From IMG/VR virus record IMGVR_UViG_3300035682_000004: a stretch of 64,000 bases of DNA. One strand, given 5' to 3'. Shown one piece after another: positions 9,914 through 19,521 of this stretch (the first letter of the stretch is position 1; every line of letters starts with the position of its first letter). Source of the DNA: a virus. The notes below the pieces were generated by a model. That model was not told the origin of the DNA and made no database searches. It saw nothing but the letters and a program-made list of their open reading frames with translations. Made by a program: the position numbers and the translations under genes.

Positions 9914-10624
9914 ATGGCTAATTTAGAAACATACGGTGATTTAAAAAAAGCTATTAGAAATATACAGCTAACCAAGAAAACAGGAAGTGTTGGCTCTAAA
10001 GCATTAGATGTAGGAATAGAAGCAGCTATAGATGCTGCTAAAACAATAATACCGGGTATAGGGACAGCAAAATCAGCAGTTGACTTTATTAGAGCATTTG
10101 TTAAAGCCCCAGATACTAAAAAAACAAAAACTTGGTTAGATAAATTACAAGTAGATGATGAAACAAGTGCTATAATTGATGATACTGTTGAAAATGGATT
10201 TATACAATTAATAACTAAAGCTATTGAATCTGAGCCAGATACAAAATCTTTAGAAGATGATTTTAATATGAATGCTAAACTAGTAGATTATCTTAAAAAT
10301 ACATACGCAGGTAGAACAATAACCGGAATACAAGAAAATATTATGAAAAAGTCAGAACTTAAAACATTAATAAAAGAACAAATTTTAGAAATCACTATTG
10401 ACAGTCCAAAACTTCAAGGTCAAATTAAAACAGATGTATGGGACGATTTAAAAATTAAAGATTTTAATCGTTCAAACTTTAATAATACTATTAGTTTAGT
10501 AAAAAATAAAAAAATGTTAAATACAGCTGCTAACACAATATTAGCGAATACTTTTATTGCTTTATTAAACGCTAATGATGAACAATTACGAAATGCATTT
10601 AATAATTTAAAACAATTTAAATAA
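9914..10624 (+). CDS. Hypothetical protein with an internal amphipathic tag
   Basis: IQE-NIMKKSELKTLIKEQILE. Confidence 0.55.
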   Translation: MANLETYGDLKKAIRNIQLTKKTGSVGSKALDVGIEAAIDAAKTIIPGIGTAKSAVDFIRAFVKAPDTKKTKTWLDKLQVDDETSAIIDDTVENGFIQLITKAIESEPDTKSLEDDFNMNAKLVDYLKNTYAGRTITGIQENIMKKSELKTLIKEQILEITIDSPKLQGQIKTDVWDDLKIKDFNRSNFNNTISLVKNKKMLNTAANTILANTFIALLNANDEQLRNAFNNLKQFK

Positions 10625-10651
10625 TAATTTAAAGCAATTTAAAACAAAATA

Positions 10652-11704
10652 ATGGATCCAATCGATAAGTTTTTAAAACAATATTCTTATAAATTTCCTA
10701 AAGGATATCCTGACATGAAGAATGAACAGGATATTTTATTAATGGAATCATTATTAAATAATTTAGGTATTAGTTTAAAAGAAGAAGAAAAAAATTATGA
10801 TGATGAAATTTTAAATCTTTTAACATCTTTATCTGATGATGAATCTAAAAAGAAAGTAGTTAATTTTTTAAATAAAATAAACAGCAAAGAAGATAAAGAA
10901 GACGAAAAGTTAGAAGAAAATATAACAAAGGAACTTAATAAAAAAAATATAACAGGCAATGTAGCAGATCAAATTATATTTTACGCTGACAAAGCAAATC
11001 AATTAGATGAATTATCAACCTATATGTCTAAACCAACAGTTAATCATTCTGATTTATTAAATAATAATAATCTTTTAAAATTATTTTCTCCAATTCCTCT
11101 TTCAGATACATTTAAAGATAAAATAATTGATATGCCTGGAGCAATAAACAATGTTACTTTTGGTAAAGGCGAATTAGCATTAATTACATTTTTAAAAGAC
11201 GCAGTAAAATATAAATCAGGCAAAGATAGTGAAGATACAAGCGGTGATATAGGTATAGATGGTCATGTATTAGAAGTAAAAAGAGGTAAATCTATTATAG
11301 CATCCGCTAATTATATTAGCAGAGCAAAAAAAGTAGATCTTTTTAAAGGAGATAAATCTAAAAAATTTATTGAAGAATATAATATTGACCTTAAACCAGG
11401 AACACCTTGGATAAAATTAGTTCAACAAACTGGAGCAGATAAAACTGAAATAGAAGATATATTAACAGAATTATATCCAGGGTTAAAAATTAACGTAGAT
11501 ATATCAACTCCTAAATCTTTAAATGATTCTATAGGATTGGCATTAGCTGAAGGTTATTTAAAAAATAAAGAGTTATTATTTATAAATGATCAAAATAATT
11601 ATATTTGTATTGAAAGTTTTAATAAATTTAAAGAAGCAATAGAAAATGGTATACTAGTATTCCAACTAGCATCAGATATTAATCCTAGATGTTATTTAGC
11701 TTAA
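10652..11704 (+). CDS. Putative PD-(D/E)xK restriction-endonuclease-fold protein
   Basis: GKGELAL...SGDIGIDGHVLEVK. Confidence 0.45.
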   Translation: MDPIDKFLKQYSYKFPKGYPDMKNEQDILLMESLLNNLGISLKEEEKNYDDEILNLLTSLSDDESKKKVVNFLNKINSKEDKEDEKLEENITKELNKKNITGNVADQIIFYADKANQLDELSTYMSKPTVNHSDLLNNNNLLKLFSPIPLSDTFKDKIIDMPGAINNVTFGKGELALITFLKDAVKYKSGKDSEDTSGDIGIDGHVLEVKRGKSIIASANYISRAKKVDLFKGDKSKKFIEEYNIDLKPGTPWIKLVQQTGADKTEIEDILTELYPGLKINVDISTPKSLNDSIGLALAEGYLKNKELLFINDQNNYICIESFNKFKEAIENGILVFQLASDINPRCYLA

Positions 11705-11706
11705 CA

Positions 11707-11714
11707 TATTTATA
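11707..11714 (+). promoter_or_regulatory. Putative late promoter TATTTATA (very short or absent leader)
   Basis: Motif ends 3 nt before the ATG at 11718. Confidence 0.5.
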
Positions 11715-11717
11715 ATC

Positions 11718-12365
11718 ATGAATAAATTAAAACAACTTATCTCAGAAACTTTGCAAAATTACAAAGTAACCGATTCATGCAAACACTGCAATACACCGCC
11801 TTTACTCGTAGAGTCTAAGCAGTACAATATGGCGATATCTGAGGCGATGCGTTACCATATAGACAGTAAAATACAGCTTACTGAGAATATATACCGCCCA
11901 GGCAGTTTCGCTCATCAAAAATTATTGACTGAAGCGAGAATGTTATGGTCTAAAGGTATTATTGAATTACAAGGTACAGATAAAAAAATATTTGAACGAA
12001 CAGATATTGGTAGATGGGCAAAATATGAAGGTGAATTTGTACCTTTAGATTTACCATTAATGGAAATAATAACTGAAGCTAAATACCAAGGTAAAGAAGT
12101 AGCATTAGGTAAACCAAAACGTGGTGGATCTAAAAAATTCTACGTTTATGTTAAAGACGGTGATAAAGTTAAAAAAATATCATTTGGCATGGCTGGTGGA
12201 GCTTTAAGAGCAAAACTAAACAATCCTAAAGCACGTAAAGCATTTTCAGACAGAATGAATTGCCCACAAGCTAAAGATAAAACAACAGCACGTTACTGGT
12301 CATGTAGATTACCTCGTTATGCTAACTTATTAGGATTTAAAACTACATTTACCGGTTTTTGGTAA
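11718..12365 (+). CDS. Hypothetical protein with a basic C-terminal module, putative head protein
   Basis: Leader MNKLKQLISE; ITE then AKYQGKEV..KKFYVYVK..ARYWSC. Confidence 0.55.
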   Translation: MNKLKQLISETLQNYKVTDSCKHCNTPPLLVESKQYNMAISEAMRYHIDSKIQLTENIYRPGSFAHQKLLTEARMLWSKGIIELQGTDKKIFERTDIGRWAKYEGEFVPLDLPLMEIITEAKYQGKEVALGKPKRGGSKKFYVYVKDGDKVKKISFGMAGGALRAKLNNPKARKAFSDRMNCPQAKDKTTARYWSCRLPRYANLLGFKTTFTGFW

Positions 12366-12376
12366 TACTTACAATT

Positions 12377-12745
12377 ATGAAACTATCAGAAATTAAAAAA
12401 GCAATTAAAGAAGAATATTCATCATCAAAAAAAGTATTAGCTATTGGTGGTGTAATTGTTATCAATCCTAAAGTTGCTAAAATGAAATACATTTTATCTG
12501 ATGTTAGAGCTGTGTTAGGCGTAACTATTGTTAATAATAGAGAATATCAATCAGGTAATCCATCATCACAATATGAATATGCTTATTTAGATATTAAAAT
12601 TGATCCATCACCATTCCCTAAAGGATTAAATGATACAGCTACTATTGTAACTAAAGTAGAAAAAGATATTAAATCAATTCGTGGTGTAGTTACATTTAAA
12701 TTAAAAGAAAAAGCACGTGATGCTAAAACTTGGACTATATCATAA
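12377..12745 (+). CDS. Hypothetical protein (ATG start preferred over the TTG at 12359)
   Basis: Leader MKLSEIKKAIKEE. Confidence 0.55.
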   Translation: MKLSEIKKAIKEEYSSSKKVLAIGGVIVINPKVAKMKYILSDVRAVLGVTIVNNREYQSGNPSSQYEYAYLDIKIDPSPFPKGLNDTATIVTKVEKDIKSIRGVVTFKLKEKARDAKTWTIS

Positions 12746-13797
12746 TGATTAAGTTAATTAATTTATTAAAAGAAGCATTAAATAAACAAGAAATTGTTAA
12801 TATTGCTAATGAATTTATAAAATCTAACAGTTATAATAAATCTCATGATTGTAAACGTTCAACTTTTGAATTTATAAAGTGGGTAAAGAAAAATAAAGGA
12901 TTTGAACCTGACGCTTTATTATTAGCTCCACCTAAAGATATTAAAAAATTTCCAGGTAAATCAGGTGATGGTGATTCACATATATTTTCTATTGTAGATG
13001 GATTTGGCATTGATTTTACAGCTAACCAATTTCCAGGAGTATCTGAACCATTAAAAATTACACCTGAATCTCAAATATCTTCAGAATATAAAAAAATAGG
13101 TGGGTATTATACACTGTTTCCAGATTGGTTTCCTGAAGAAGCTAATGGAGGTAAATCATCTTTAAAAGCTAAATTTAATAGTTTACCACAATGGTTTCGT
13201 GATGGACTTGAAAAAGAAGGATTTAAACCAGAAATAACTGAAGGTGCTTCAGATGAAGCATGGGAGTTAGTAGGGCAAAAAGATCCTAATATATCTAAAA
13301 TAGTAAAAGATGCAGGATATAAGTATGATGAAGAATCGGTTAGTAAACTAACACCTATTATTGAAAAAACACCAATAACTAATATTTCACCGTCTCAAAT
13401 ATTAAAACTTAAAAATTTTAATCATAAACCAGGACAAGAATCTCTTATAAATGATATAGTTAACATAAGTAAGTCTAAAGATCCAAAACAAGGATATATA
13501 GATTTAATGGCTAAGAGAGATAAAAAAGATGATAATAGACAAAGAGGATACGATATTGGAAACTTATATGACCAAGTAGTAAAAGGAAATTATGAATCTC
13601 CTGTGTTAATTGAAATTAAAGGAGTATTATATGTTATTGGTGGAAGAACTAGATTATACGCTGGTTTAGCATCTAATAAAAATATAAATGTAAAAATTAT
13701 AAAGATTTCTCAATTAAAAGAAACTCCAGATCCTCAATCTGGCAAATCAGCTCCATATGGTTCAGGATATGCTCCATTTAAAAAAATAAAAAAATGA
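12745..13797 (+). CDS. Modular protein: transglutaminase/papain-like Cys-His-Asp domain + ParB/Srx-like domain
   Basis: ATG in TAATG overlap; leader MIKLINLLKE; HDCKR..DSHIF..GIDFTANQF; PVLIE..VIGGRTRLYA. Confidence 0.5.
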   Translation: MIKLINLLKEALNKQEIVNIANEFIKSNSYNKSHDCKRSTFEFIKWVKKNKGFEPDALLLAPPKDIKKFPGKSGDGDSHIFSIVDGFGIDFTANQFPGVSEPLKITPESQISSEYKKIGGYYTLFPDWFPEEANGGKSSLKAKFNSLPQWFRDGLEKEGFKPEITEGASDEAWELVGQKDPNISKIVKDAGYKYDEESVSKLTPIIEKTPITNISPSQILKLKNFNHKPGQESLINDIVNISKSKDPKQGYIDLMAKRDKKDDNRQRGYDIGNLYDQVVKGNYESPVLIEIKGVLYVIGGRTRLYAGLASNKNINVKIIKISQLKETPDPQSGKSAPYGSGYAPFKKIKK

Positions 13798-14111
13798 TTA
13801 ATCTTATTCAATTATTAACTGAAGCTAAAGAAAGTTTTGAAACATTTGCTAAAAATCGTTTAGCAGGCGCTGAAAAAATCATAGCAAATGCTAAAGAAAA
13901 AGGCGGCGATGCTTTATTAACTTACACTCACTTTAATGTAAAACCATCTTACTATAAAAAAGCTATAAAAGGTAAATTTGATAAAGAAGCAGCTAAAAAA
14001 GAATTTGATGAAACCTATAAAAAAATATCATTAGATATGACTCAAAATGAATTCCAACGTGAAGTTGGTCGTTTAGAAGTATTAGGTGAATTGTTAATTA
14101 GAGAAAAATAA
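13794..14111 (+). CDS. Hypothetical protein, putative internal head protein
   Basis: Leader MINLIQLLTE. Confidence 0.55.
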   Translation: MINLIQLLTEAKESFETFAKNRLAGAEKIIANAKEKGGDALLTYTHFNVKPSYYKKAIKGKFDKEAAKKEFDETYKKISLDMTQNEFQREVGRLEVLGELLIREK

Positions 14112-14116
14112 ATAAA

Positions 14117-14551
14117 ATGAGTAACTTTGATTTAAGAAAGTATTTAGCTGAAGGTAAATTATATGAGGCTGCTATGGCTTGTCCTTTACCTACTCAAAAT
14201 TTAGAACTTAATACTAAAAATAGAGACTCAGCTATTAAAGCAGATTATATTAAATATGGTCCATTAAATGTTGATGAACCTGGAGACTTTTGGGATGAAT
14301 TAGCAGAACATTGGGACACAACAGTTGAAGCAGCTGAACAATCTTTATGTGGTAATTGTGCGGCTTTTGATATTTCTCCAAGAATGGAAGACTGTATGCC
14401 TGGCCCACTATCAGATGATGATGGTAGATTAGGATACTGTTGGATGCATAGTTTTAAATGTCACTCAGCTCGTACTTGTAGAACATGGGCTAAAGGAGGT
14501 CCTATAGTTAAAGATGTTATATCTTATGACTGGCAAGAACGTAAAGGATAA
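14117..14551 (+). CDS. Cys-rich hypothetical protein, possibly metal- or Fe-S-binding
   Basis: Leader MSNFDLRKYLAE; CGNCAAF..C..YC..KCHS..TC. Confidence 0.55.
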   Translation: MSNFDLRKYLAEGKLYEAAMACPLPTQNLELNTKNRDSAIKADYIKYGPLNVDEPGDFWDELAEHWDTTVEAAEQSLCGNCAAFDISPRMEDCMPGPLSDDDGRLGYCWMHSFKCHSARTCRTWAKGGPIVKDVISYDWQERKG

Positions 14552-15081
14552 TGATCAAACTTATTAATTTATTAACAGAAAGTTATTCATTCACAGGTCC
14601 TAAAAAAACAAGTGATGGTGTACGTTATAATTTTATAAATAAAAAAGGAAACAATATTTTTGTTTCTATAGATAATTCATATGAAGATTACTGGATATCT
14701 TTAGTAAATTCTAAAGCTAAACCTGAAGATATAACTAATGATAATTTAATATTAGATGTTAGTTTTGGTTTAAATAAAGGAAATCCATGGGCTCAAACGG
14801 AATCAGGAGACGGCATAGCAGTATTAAATACTGTTGCTGATATTTTAAAAAAATTTATTGCAATTGACTTTAAAGGCTATGGTGAATTTACATTAGAATG
14901 TCATCCGGCTAATGAGGCGGATGAAGAAACAAGTAGAAACAGTAAACGAGATAGAATATATCAAAATCTAGCTGAAAAAATGATGAAACAATTACCATAT
15001 GTGACTAAAGTTGAATCTTTAGGCGGCGGTTGGGGAGATGATGAATATAAATTATATATATTAATAAATAAAAATATATAA
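14551..15081 (+). CDS. Hypothetical protein, putative internal head protein
   Basis: Leader MIKLINLLTE. Confidence 0.55.
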   Translation: MIKLINLLTESYSFTGPKKTSDGVRYNFINKKGNNIFVSIDNSYEDYWISLVNSKAKPEDITNDNLILDVSFGLNKGNPWAQTESGDGIAVLNTVADILKKFIAIDFKGYGEFTLECHPANEADEETSRNSKRDRIYQNLAEKMMKQLPYVTKVESLGGGWGDDEYKLYILINKNI

Positions 15082-15085
15082 TTAA

Positions 15086-15346
15086 ATGAGACCATACACT
15101 GACATAGAAGTTACAGATGAATATATTATTCGTGAATTTAATGAAAATATAGACCCAATTGAACTAATGTGGCATCGTGATGATGAAGATAGAACAGTTG
15201 AAGTAATAGGTAAAACAGATTGGCAATTACAACTTGAAAACCAATTGCCAACTTCTATAAATCAGCCCATATTTATACCAAGACACGAATGGCATAGAGC
15301 CATTAAAGGAACAGGAAATTTAAAATTAAAGATATATAAAAAATGA
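15086..15346 (+). CDS. Small cupin-like protein
   Basis: WHRD..; IFIPRHEWHR..KGTGNLKL cupin-like pattern. Confidence 0.5.
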   Translation: MRPYTDIEVTDEYIIREFNENIDPIELMWHRDDEDRTVEVIGKTDWQLQLENQLPTSINQPIFIPRHEWHRAIKGTGNLKLKIYKK

Positions 15347-15612
15347 AACCAACATTAAACGAACAATTTATCCGCATGCAAAAAATAGCAGGTGTAATTA
15401 ATGAAAACCAAATTAATGAAGATGATATATTTAATAATCAATATTCAGTTAGTAATGAAGCATATGGAATGATGGATAGTTTAGTTAATGAAAATGACTA
15501 TGATAACTTTATTCAATCCGCTACTAATATAATGACTACATTAACAGATAATGATTTTGAACCAAAAGACGTATTTTACTATCTTTACACTAGATTAACA
15601 GCTGAAGTATAA
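15343..15612 (+). CDS. Small acidic protein with RMQKIAG tag
   Basis: MKPTLNEQFIRMQKIAGVINE. Confidence 0.6.
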   Translation: MKPTLNEQFIRMQKIAGVINENQINEDDIFNNQYSVSNEAYGMMDSLVNENDYDNFIQSATNIMTTLTDNDFEPKDVFYYLYTRLTAEV

Positions 15613-15623
15613 TAATTAAACAT

Positions 15624-16673
15624 ATGAAACAACTATTAAACGAACAATTCCTTAGAATGCAAAAATTGGCAGGAATTATTACGGAAAATCAATATAGAAA
15701 AGTATTATTAACTGAAGTAACTGACCAGATATCAGGAAAAGATGGTGTTATTATTTTAGTATCAGATTATGCTAAAAAACATATTATGGAGCATAATAAA
15801 CCAGGTATGGGTTCAGTATTTAAAACTGGTGTTACTGAGGATGAAATAATAAATATGGTTAAAGAAGTAGCTCCTAAAGTATCAGGAGACGGTGGGGCCT
15901 ATGAATTAAATAAATCAAGTATAGGATATGATCTAGTTTTACCTATGGATAAAGCTAAAGCATTAAAAGACGCTAAAGAAGATGAAGTAGAAAAACAAGA
16001 AGGTCCTAATAAAGTAAAAGTTTCTTCAATTACAACATCACAACCTTTATCTGATTTTTCATCTAATAGAATATCATTAATTATTAGAAAATCTAACCCT
16101 CAGTTCTTACCTGATGATATTAAAACAGACACTGAAATAGCTAAAAAAATTGAAGAAGGTAAATGTTACTCATTATTAACCGCGTTTCCTGGTAATCCTG
16201 ATATTCCAAAAGCATCAGAATGGAATGGAAAATTTGCAATAATTATTCCTAGTGGAATTAAAGAAAACATGGATAATTGGGGAAATGAGACAGATGATCG
16301 TGGTGGAAATGAACAAGATTATAAACCAAAACCTAGCTTAGCTGATTTTGATTATAATAAAGAAGAGTATAAAAAATACATGGAAAAATACTTCCCAGAA
16401 GAACCATTAAATGAAGGAAGGCAATATTTTCATAATGGAGCTGAAATGAATCAAATTATTAATTATGATGATAGTGATATAATAGATGATCTAGAAGCAT
16501 TAGGCCAAGGATCAATGGATGGACAAGACTTTAAACCAGGAGAAACATATGATATTGGTGGAAATGAATACAAAATAGAATCTCAAGGAGATGAATTTAA
16601 ACTTGTATTAGCGGAATCAATTAATTCAATAGTAAATAAAGCTTTAAAATCTTATCGTAAATTAAATAACTAA
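15624..16673 (+). CDS. Modular protein with RMQKLAG tag
   Basis: MKQLLNEQFLRMQKLAGIITE; domains bounded by LTE, IKE, LNE and LAE. Confidence 0.6.
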   Translation: MKQLLNEQFLRMQKLAGIITENQYRKVLLTEVTDQISGKDGVIILVSDYAKKHIMEHNKPGMGSVFKTGVTEDEIINMVKEVAPKVSGDGGAYELNKSSIGYDLVLPMDKAKALKDAKEDEVEKQEGPNKVKVSSITTSQPLSDFSSNRISLIIRKSNPQFLPDDIKTDTEIAKKIEEGKCYSLLTAFPGNPDIPKASEWNGKFAIIIPSGIKENMDNWGNETDDRGGNEQDYKPKPSLADFDYNKEEYKKYMEKYFPEEPLNEGRQYFHNGAEMNQIINYDDSDIIDDLEALGQGSMDGQDFKPGETYDIGGNEYKIESQGDEFKLVLAESINSIVNKALKSYRKLNN

Positions 16674-16679
16674 CATACA

Positions 16680-16750
16680 GACAGATTCATAGCCTGTCAA
16701 TTTTATAAAATATTATGGAGCTGTGGCCCACCCTAAAAAAGGTGGGCCAC
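16680..16750 (+). other. Structured intergenic element: small hairpin, possible pseudoknot, and a GC-rich 10-bp hairpin
   Basis: GACAG/CTGTC stem; GTGGCCCACC/GGTGGGCCAC perfect stem at 16723-16750. Confidence 0.5.
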
Positions 16751-16756
16751 CTTAGT

Positions 16757-16787
16757 TTGGCCTTTAGTTAAAAATTAATTATATTAA
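16757..16787 (+). promoter_or_regulatory. Putative host-sigma-type promoter TTGG-N19-TATATT
   Basis: Same bipartite motif and spacing at 19486, 19790 and 50908, and with N18 at 54103. Confidence 0.6.
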
Positions 16788-16792
16788 AATAT

Positions 16793-18115
16793 ATGAAGAA
16801 AATTGTAATCGTTGGAGCTGGAGTAGCAGGCATTAATGCTGTAACTAAATTAGTAGATAATGGATATGATGGTAGTTTAATTACTATTATTGATATGGGT
16901 AAAGACCCATATAACCGCTTACCTGAAGAGGTAATGACAGGAATGTTAGGCGCTGGTGGATGGAGTGATGGTAAATTAACATATCATACAGCTATTGGTG
17001 GCCAATTAGCTAAATATACAGGCGAGGAAAAAGCAATGGAATTAATGGATCAAGTTATTACTAACTTTAAACGTTTCCACCCTAAACCTGAAGAAGTACA
17101 ATGCTCAAATCCAATTGCTGAACCAGATTTTATTAAACCACATTTCGGTTTACGTTTATTTCCGGTATGGCACGTTGGTACAGATTACCTATCTGAAATT
17201 GCTAAAAATTGGTACAATTATTTAGTGTCTAAAGGTGTTAAATTTATTTGGGAACATAAAGTAGAACAAATTGATTTCGAAAATAATTTAGTTTCATATT
17301 ATTGGAATAATGAAGCTGCTAAAGAAACCAAACATAAATACTATAATGAACTTATATTTGCTGTAGGTAAATCAGGTATTGATTTCGCTCAACAATTAGC
17401 TAATCAATATGAACTACCAGACGAGCCTAAATCAGTACAAATTGGAGTTCGATTTGAAGCCCCACAAGAACACTTTCAGAAATTAATTGATATTAGTTAC
17501 GATTTTAAATTGTATCGTAAATTTGATAATGGTGTTTCATTACGTTCATTTTGTACAAATAATAATGCGGCTTATGTAGCTGTAGAAGAAACATATGGTG
17601 ATGTTACTTACAATGGTCACGCTAAAAAAGATCCTAAATATTTAAATAGAATGACTAATTTTGGTATCATTATGGAAATTAAGGATATTGAAGATCCATT
17701 TAAATGGTGTAGAGAATTAGTAAATAAATTACAAATTAAACCTAACAATACCGGTTTATATTATTCACCTAATGGTACTCGTAATCCATCAACCACATCT
17801 GAAGGAACTCTTATTAATACAGCCCAAGTTGATGAGATTGGATTAAAAGATATAAAACAAGAATTTCAAGGATATTTCCAATACATTGAAGATTTTATTG
17901 AGGATATGAAAAAAGTATTTCCAACATTAGGTGATGATTGGGGAATTTACATACCAGAAGTAAAATATTTATCACCAGAACCATTAGTTAACTATACTAA
18001 TTTATCATTAACTAAATATCCAAATGTACATTTTGTTGGAGACGCATTAAGTGCAAGAGGTATAACAGTTAGTGGTGCACATGGTATTTATGTTGCCGAA
18101 TCATTATTAAAATAA
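16793..18115 (+). CDS. FAD/NAD(P)-dependent oxidoreductase
   Basis: N-terminal IVGAGVAG Rossmann motif; GAGGWSDGKL; C-terminal FVGDA. Confidence 0.85.
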   Translation: MKKIVIVGAGVAGINAVTKLVDNGYDGSLITIIDMGKDPYNRLPEEVMTGMLGAGGWSDGKLTYHTAIGGQLAKYTGEEKAMELMDQVITNFKRFHPKPEEVQCSNPIAEPDFIKPHFGLRLFPVWHVGTDYLSEIAKNWYNYLVSKGVKFIWEHKVEQIDFENNLVSYYWNNEAAKETKHKYYNELIFAVGKSGIDFAQQLANQYELPDEPKSVQIGVRFEAPQEHFQKLIDISYDFKLYRKFDNGVSLRSFCTNNNAAYVAVEETYGDVTYNGHAKKDPKYLNRMTNFGIIMEIKDIEDPFKWCRELVNKLQIKPNNTGLYYSPNGTRNPSTTSEGTLINTAQVDEIGLKDIKQEFQGYFQYIEDFIEDMKKVFPTLGDDWGIYIPEVKYLSPEPLVNYTNLSLTKYPNVHFVGDALSARGITVSGAHGIYVAESLLK

Positions 18116-18116
18116 T

Positions 18117-18818
18117 ATGAAAACATTAGTAATGTCTGACCTACATATAGGTTCTAAAGGCTGTAATACTAAAGCCATCATAAACCTACTTAAAACTGTA
18201 GAATACGACCGCTTAATATTAGTAGGCGATATTATTGATGGGTGGTTATTCCAGCGTTATAAGAAGTTTAGCGCGGAACATAACAAAGTAATACGTAAGT
18301 TGTTTAAAATATCTAAAGAAAAAGAAATTATTTGGATATCAGGTAACCATGATGAATTCTTAAGAAAATACACACCTATGCAATTAGGTAATATTAAAAT
18401 AGTAGACGAATTTATTGAAGGTGGTATTTGGTTTTGTCATGGAGATAAATACGATGGTATTATTAAAATGCATTGGTTAGGTATGTTAGGTTCAATTGGT
18501 TATGATGCTGCTATTGTTATTGATAGACTATTAAAGAAAATTAATAAGAAAACAAGTTTATCTAAGTATTTAAAAGACAATGTTAAAGCTGCTGTTTCAT
18601 TTATGGTTGATTATGAGCATGAAATGATTAGACAAGCTAAAAAACGCAATTGCCATACTGTTATTTGTGGACATATTCACACACCAGCAGACAAAACTAT
18701 AGATAATATTAGGTATATCAATACAGGAGATTGGATTGAAAATCAATCATATGTATTATATGAACTATCTAATTATGAAATAGGTAGTGGAACCTTAAAA
18801 TTATACAATAATAACTAA
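18117..18818 (+). CDS. Calcineurin-like metallophosphoesterase, LpxH-like
   Basis: SDLHIG, GDIID, GNHD, HGD, GHIH, NTGDW. Confidence 0.85.
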   Translation: MKTLVMSDLHIGSKGCNTKAIINLLKTVEYDRLILVGDIIDGWLFQRYKKFSAEHNKVIRKLFKISKEKEIIWISGNHDEFLRKYTPMQLGNIKIVDEFIEGGIWFCHGDKYDGIIKMHWLGMLGSIGYDAAIVIDRLLKKINKKTSLSKYLKDNVKAAVSFMVDYEHEMIRQAKKRNCHTVICGHIHTPADKTIDNIRYINTGDWIENQSYVLYELSNYEIGSGTLKLYNNN

Positions 18819-18819
18819 T

Positions 18820-19149
18820 ATGGATTTATATACCGCAGGACTTCTACCAATGATATTTGGTGTTACTTTATCACTAGTGTTTGTTGGTGGATTAATTTGG
18901 TTTGTTAATTATAAAATTAGCGGACATTTATCACAAAAAGAATGGTTAACTAGATTTGTTGCTTTAATGTTAACAGCATTTTTAGGTTTATTTTTAGTTG
19001 ATAAGTTAGTGTCATTTAAAACACCTTTATTAACTCCGGAAATGAGTAATGGGTTATTTGAATTAATAAAAAATATTGTGTTGATTGTATTTGGATATCA
19101 ATTCCATACAGCCGATAAAGGTAAAGAAAATAAAGAAACTGAAGATTAA
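18820..19149 (+). CDS. Small integral membrane protein (about 3 TM segments)
   Basis: Three hydrophobic segments. Confidence 0.6.
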   Translation: MDLYTAGLLPMIFGVTLSLVFVGGLIWFVNYKISGHLSQKEWLTRFVALMLTAFLGLFLVDKLVSFKTPLLTPEMSNGLFELIKNIVLIVFGYQFHTADKGKENKETED

Positions 19150-19159
19150 TGTTTATATA

Positions 19160-19483
19160 ATGTTAATAACAGATAAAGCTAGAGACAGAATAAAAGCAAT
19201 CAAATTAGAATCTAATTTTGATGAAACATACTTCCTCCGTGTATCAGTACAAGGAGGAGGTTGTTCTGGCTTATCTTATAAATTAGACTTTGACAATACT
19301 ATTAAATCAGGTGACCAGGAATTTGAAGATAACGGAGAAAAATTAGTGTTAGATATGAAATCATTCCTATATCTAGCGGGTACTGAACTTGATTTTTCAG
19401 ATGGGTTAAATGGTAAAGGATTTCAATTCAATAATCCAAATGCAACACGAACATGTGGATGTGGTGAAAGTTTTGCAGTATAA
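19160..19483 (+). CDS. iscA: Fe-S cluster assembly accessory protein, IscA/HesB family
   Basis: GGGCSG and CGCGESF motifs; ATG at 19160 gives typical length. Confidence 0.9.
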   Translation: MLITDKARDRIKAIKLESNFDETYFLRVSVQGGGCSGLSYKLDFDNTIKSGDQEFEDNGEKLVLDMKSFLYLAGTELDFSDGLNGKGFQFNNPNATRTCGCGESFAV

Positions 19484-19485
19484 GT

Positions 19486-19516
19486 TTGGCCTCCTACTAA
19501 TTGGATGTTATATTTA
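19486..19516 (+). promoter_or_regulatory. Putative host-sigma-type promoter TTGG-N19-TATATTTA
   Basis: Bipartite motif with 19-nt spacer. Confidence 0.6.
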
Positions 19517-19521
19517 ATTAT

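Noticed and set aside
16680-16712. Assignment of the hairpin plus A-rich tail to a preQ1-I or SAM-II riboswitch
   Set aside because: Only superficial resemblance; consensus nucleotides do not match well enough to call without a covariance-model search
16715-16771. 18-codon ORF MELWPTLKKVGHLSLAFS in the structured intergenic region
   Set aside because: Runs through the hairpin and the promoter; better explained by RNA structure
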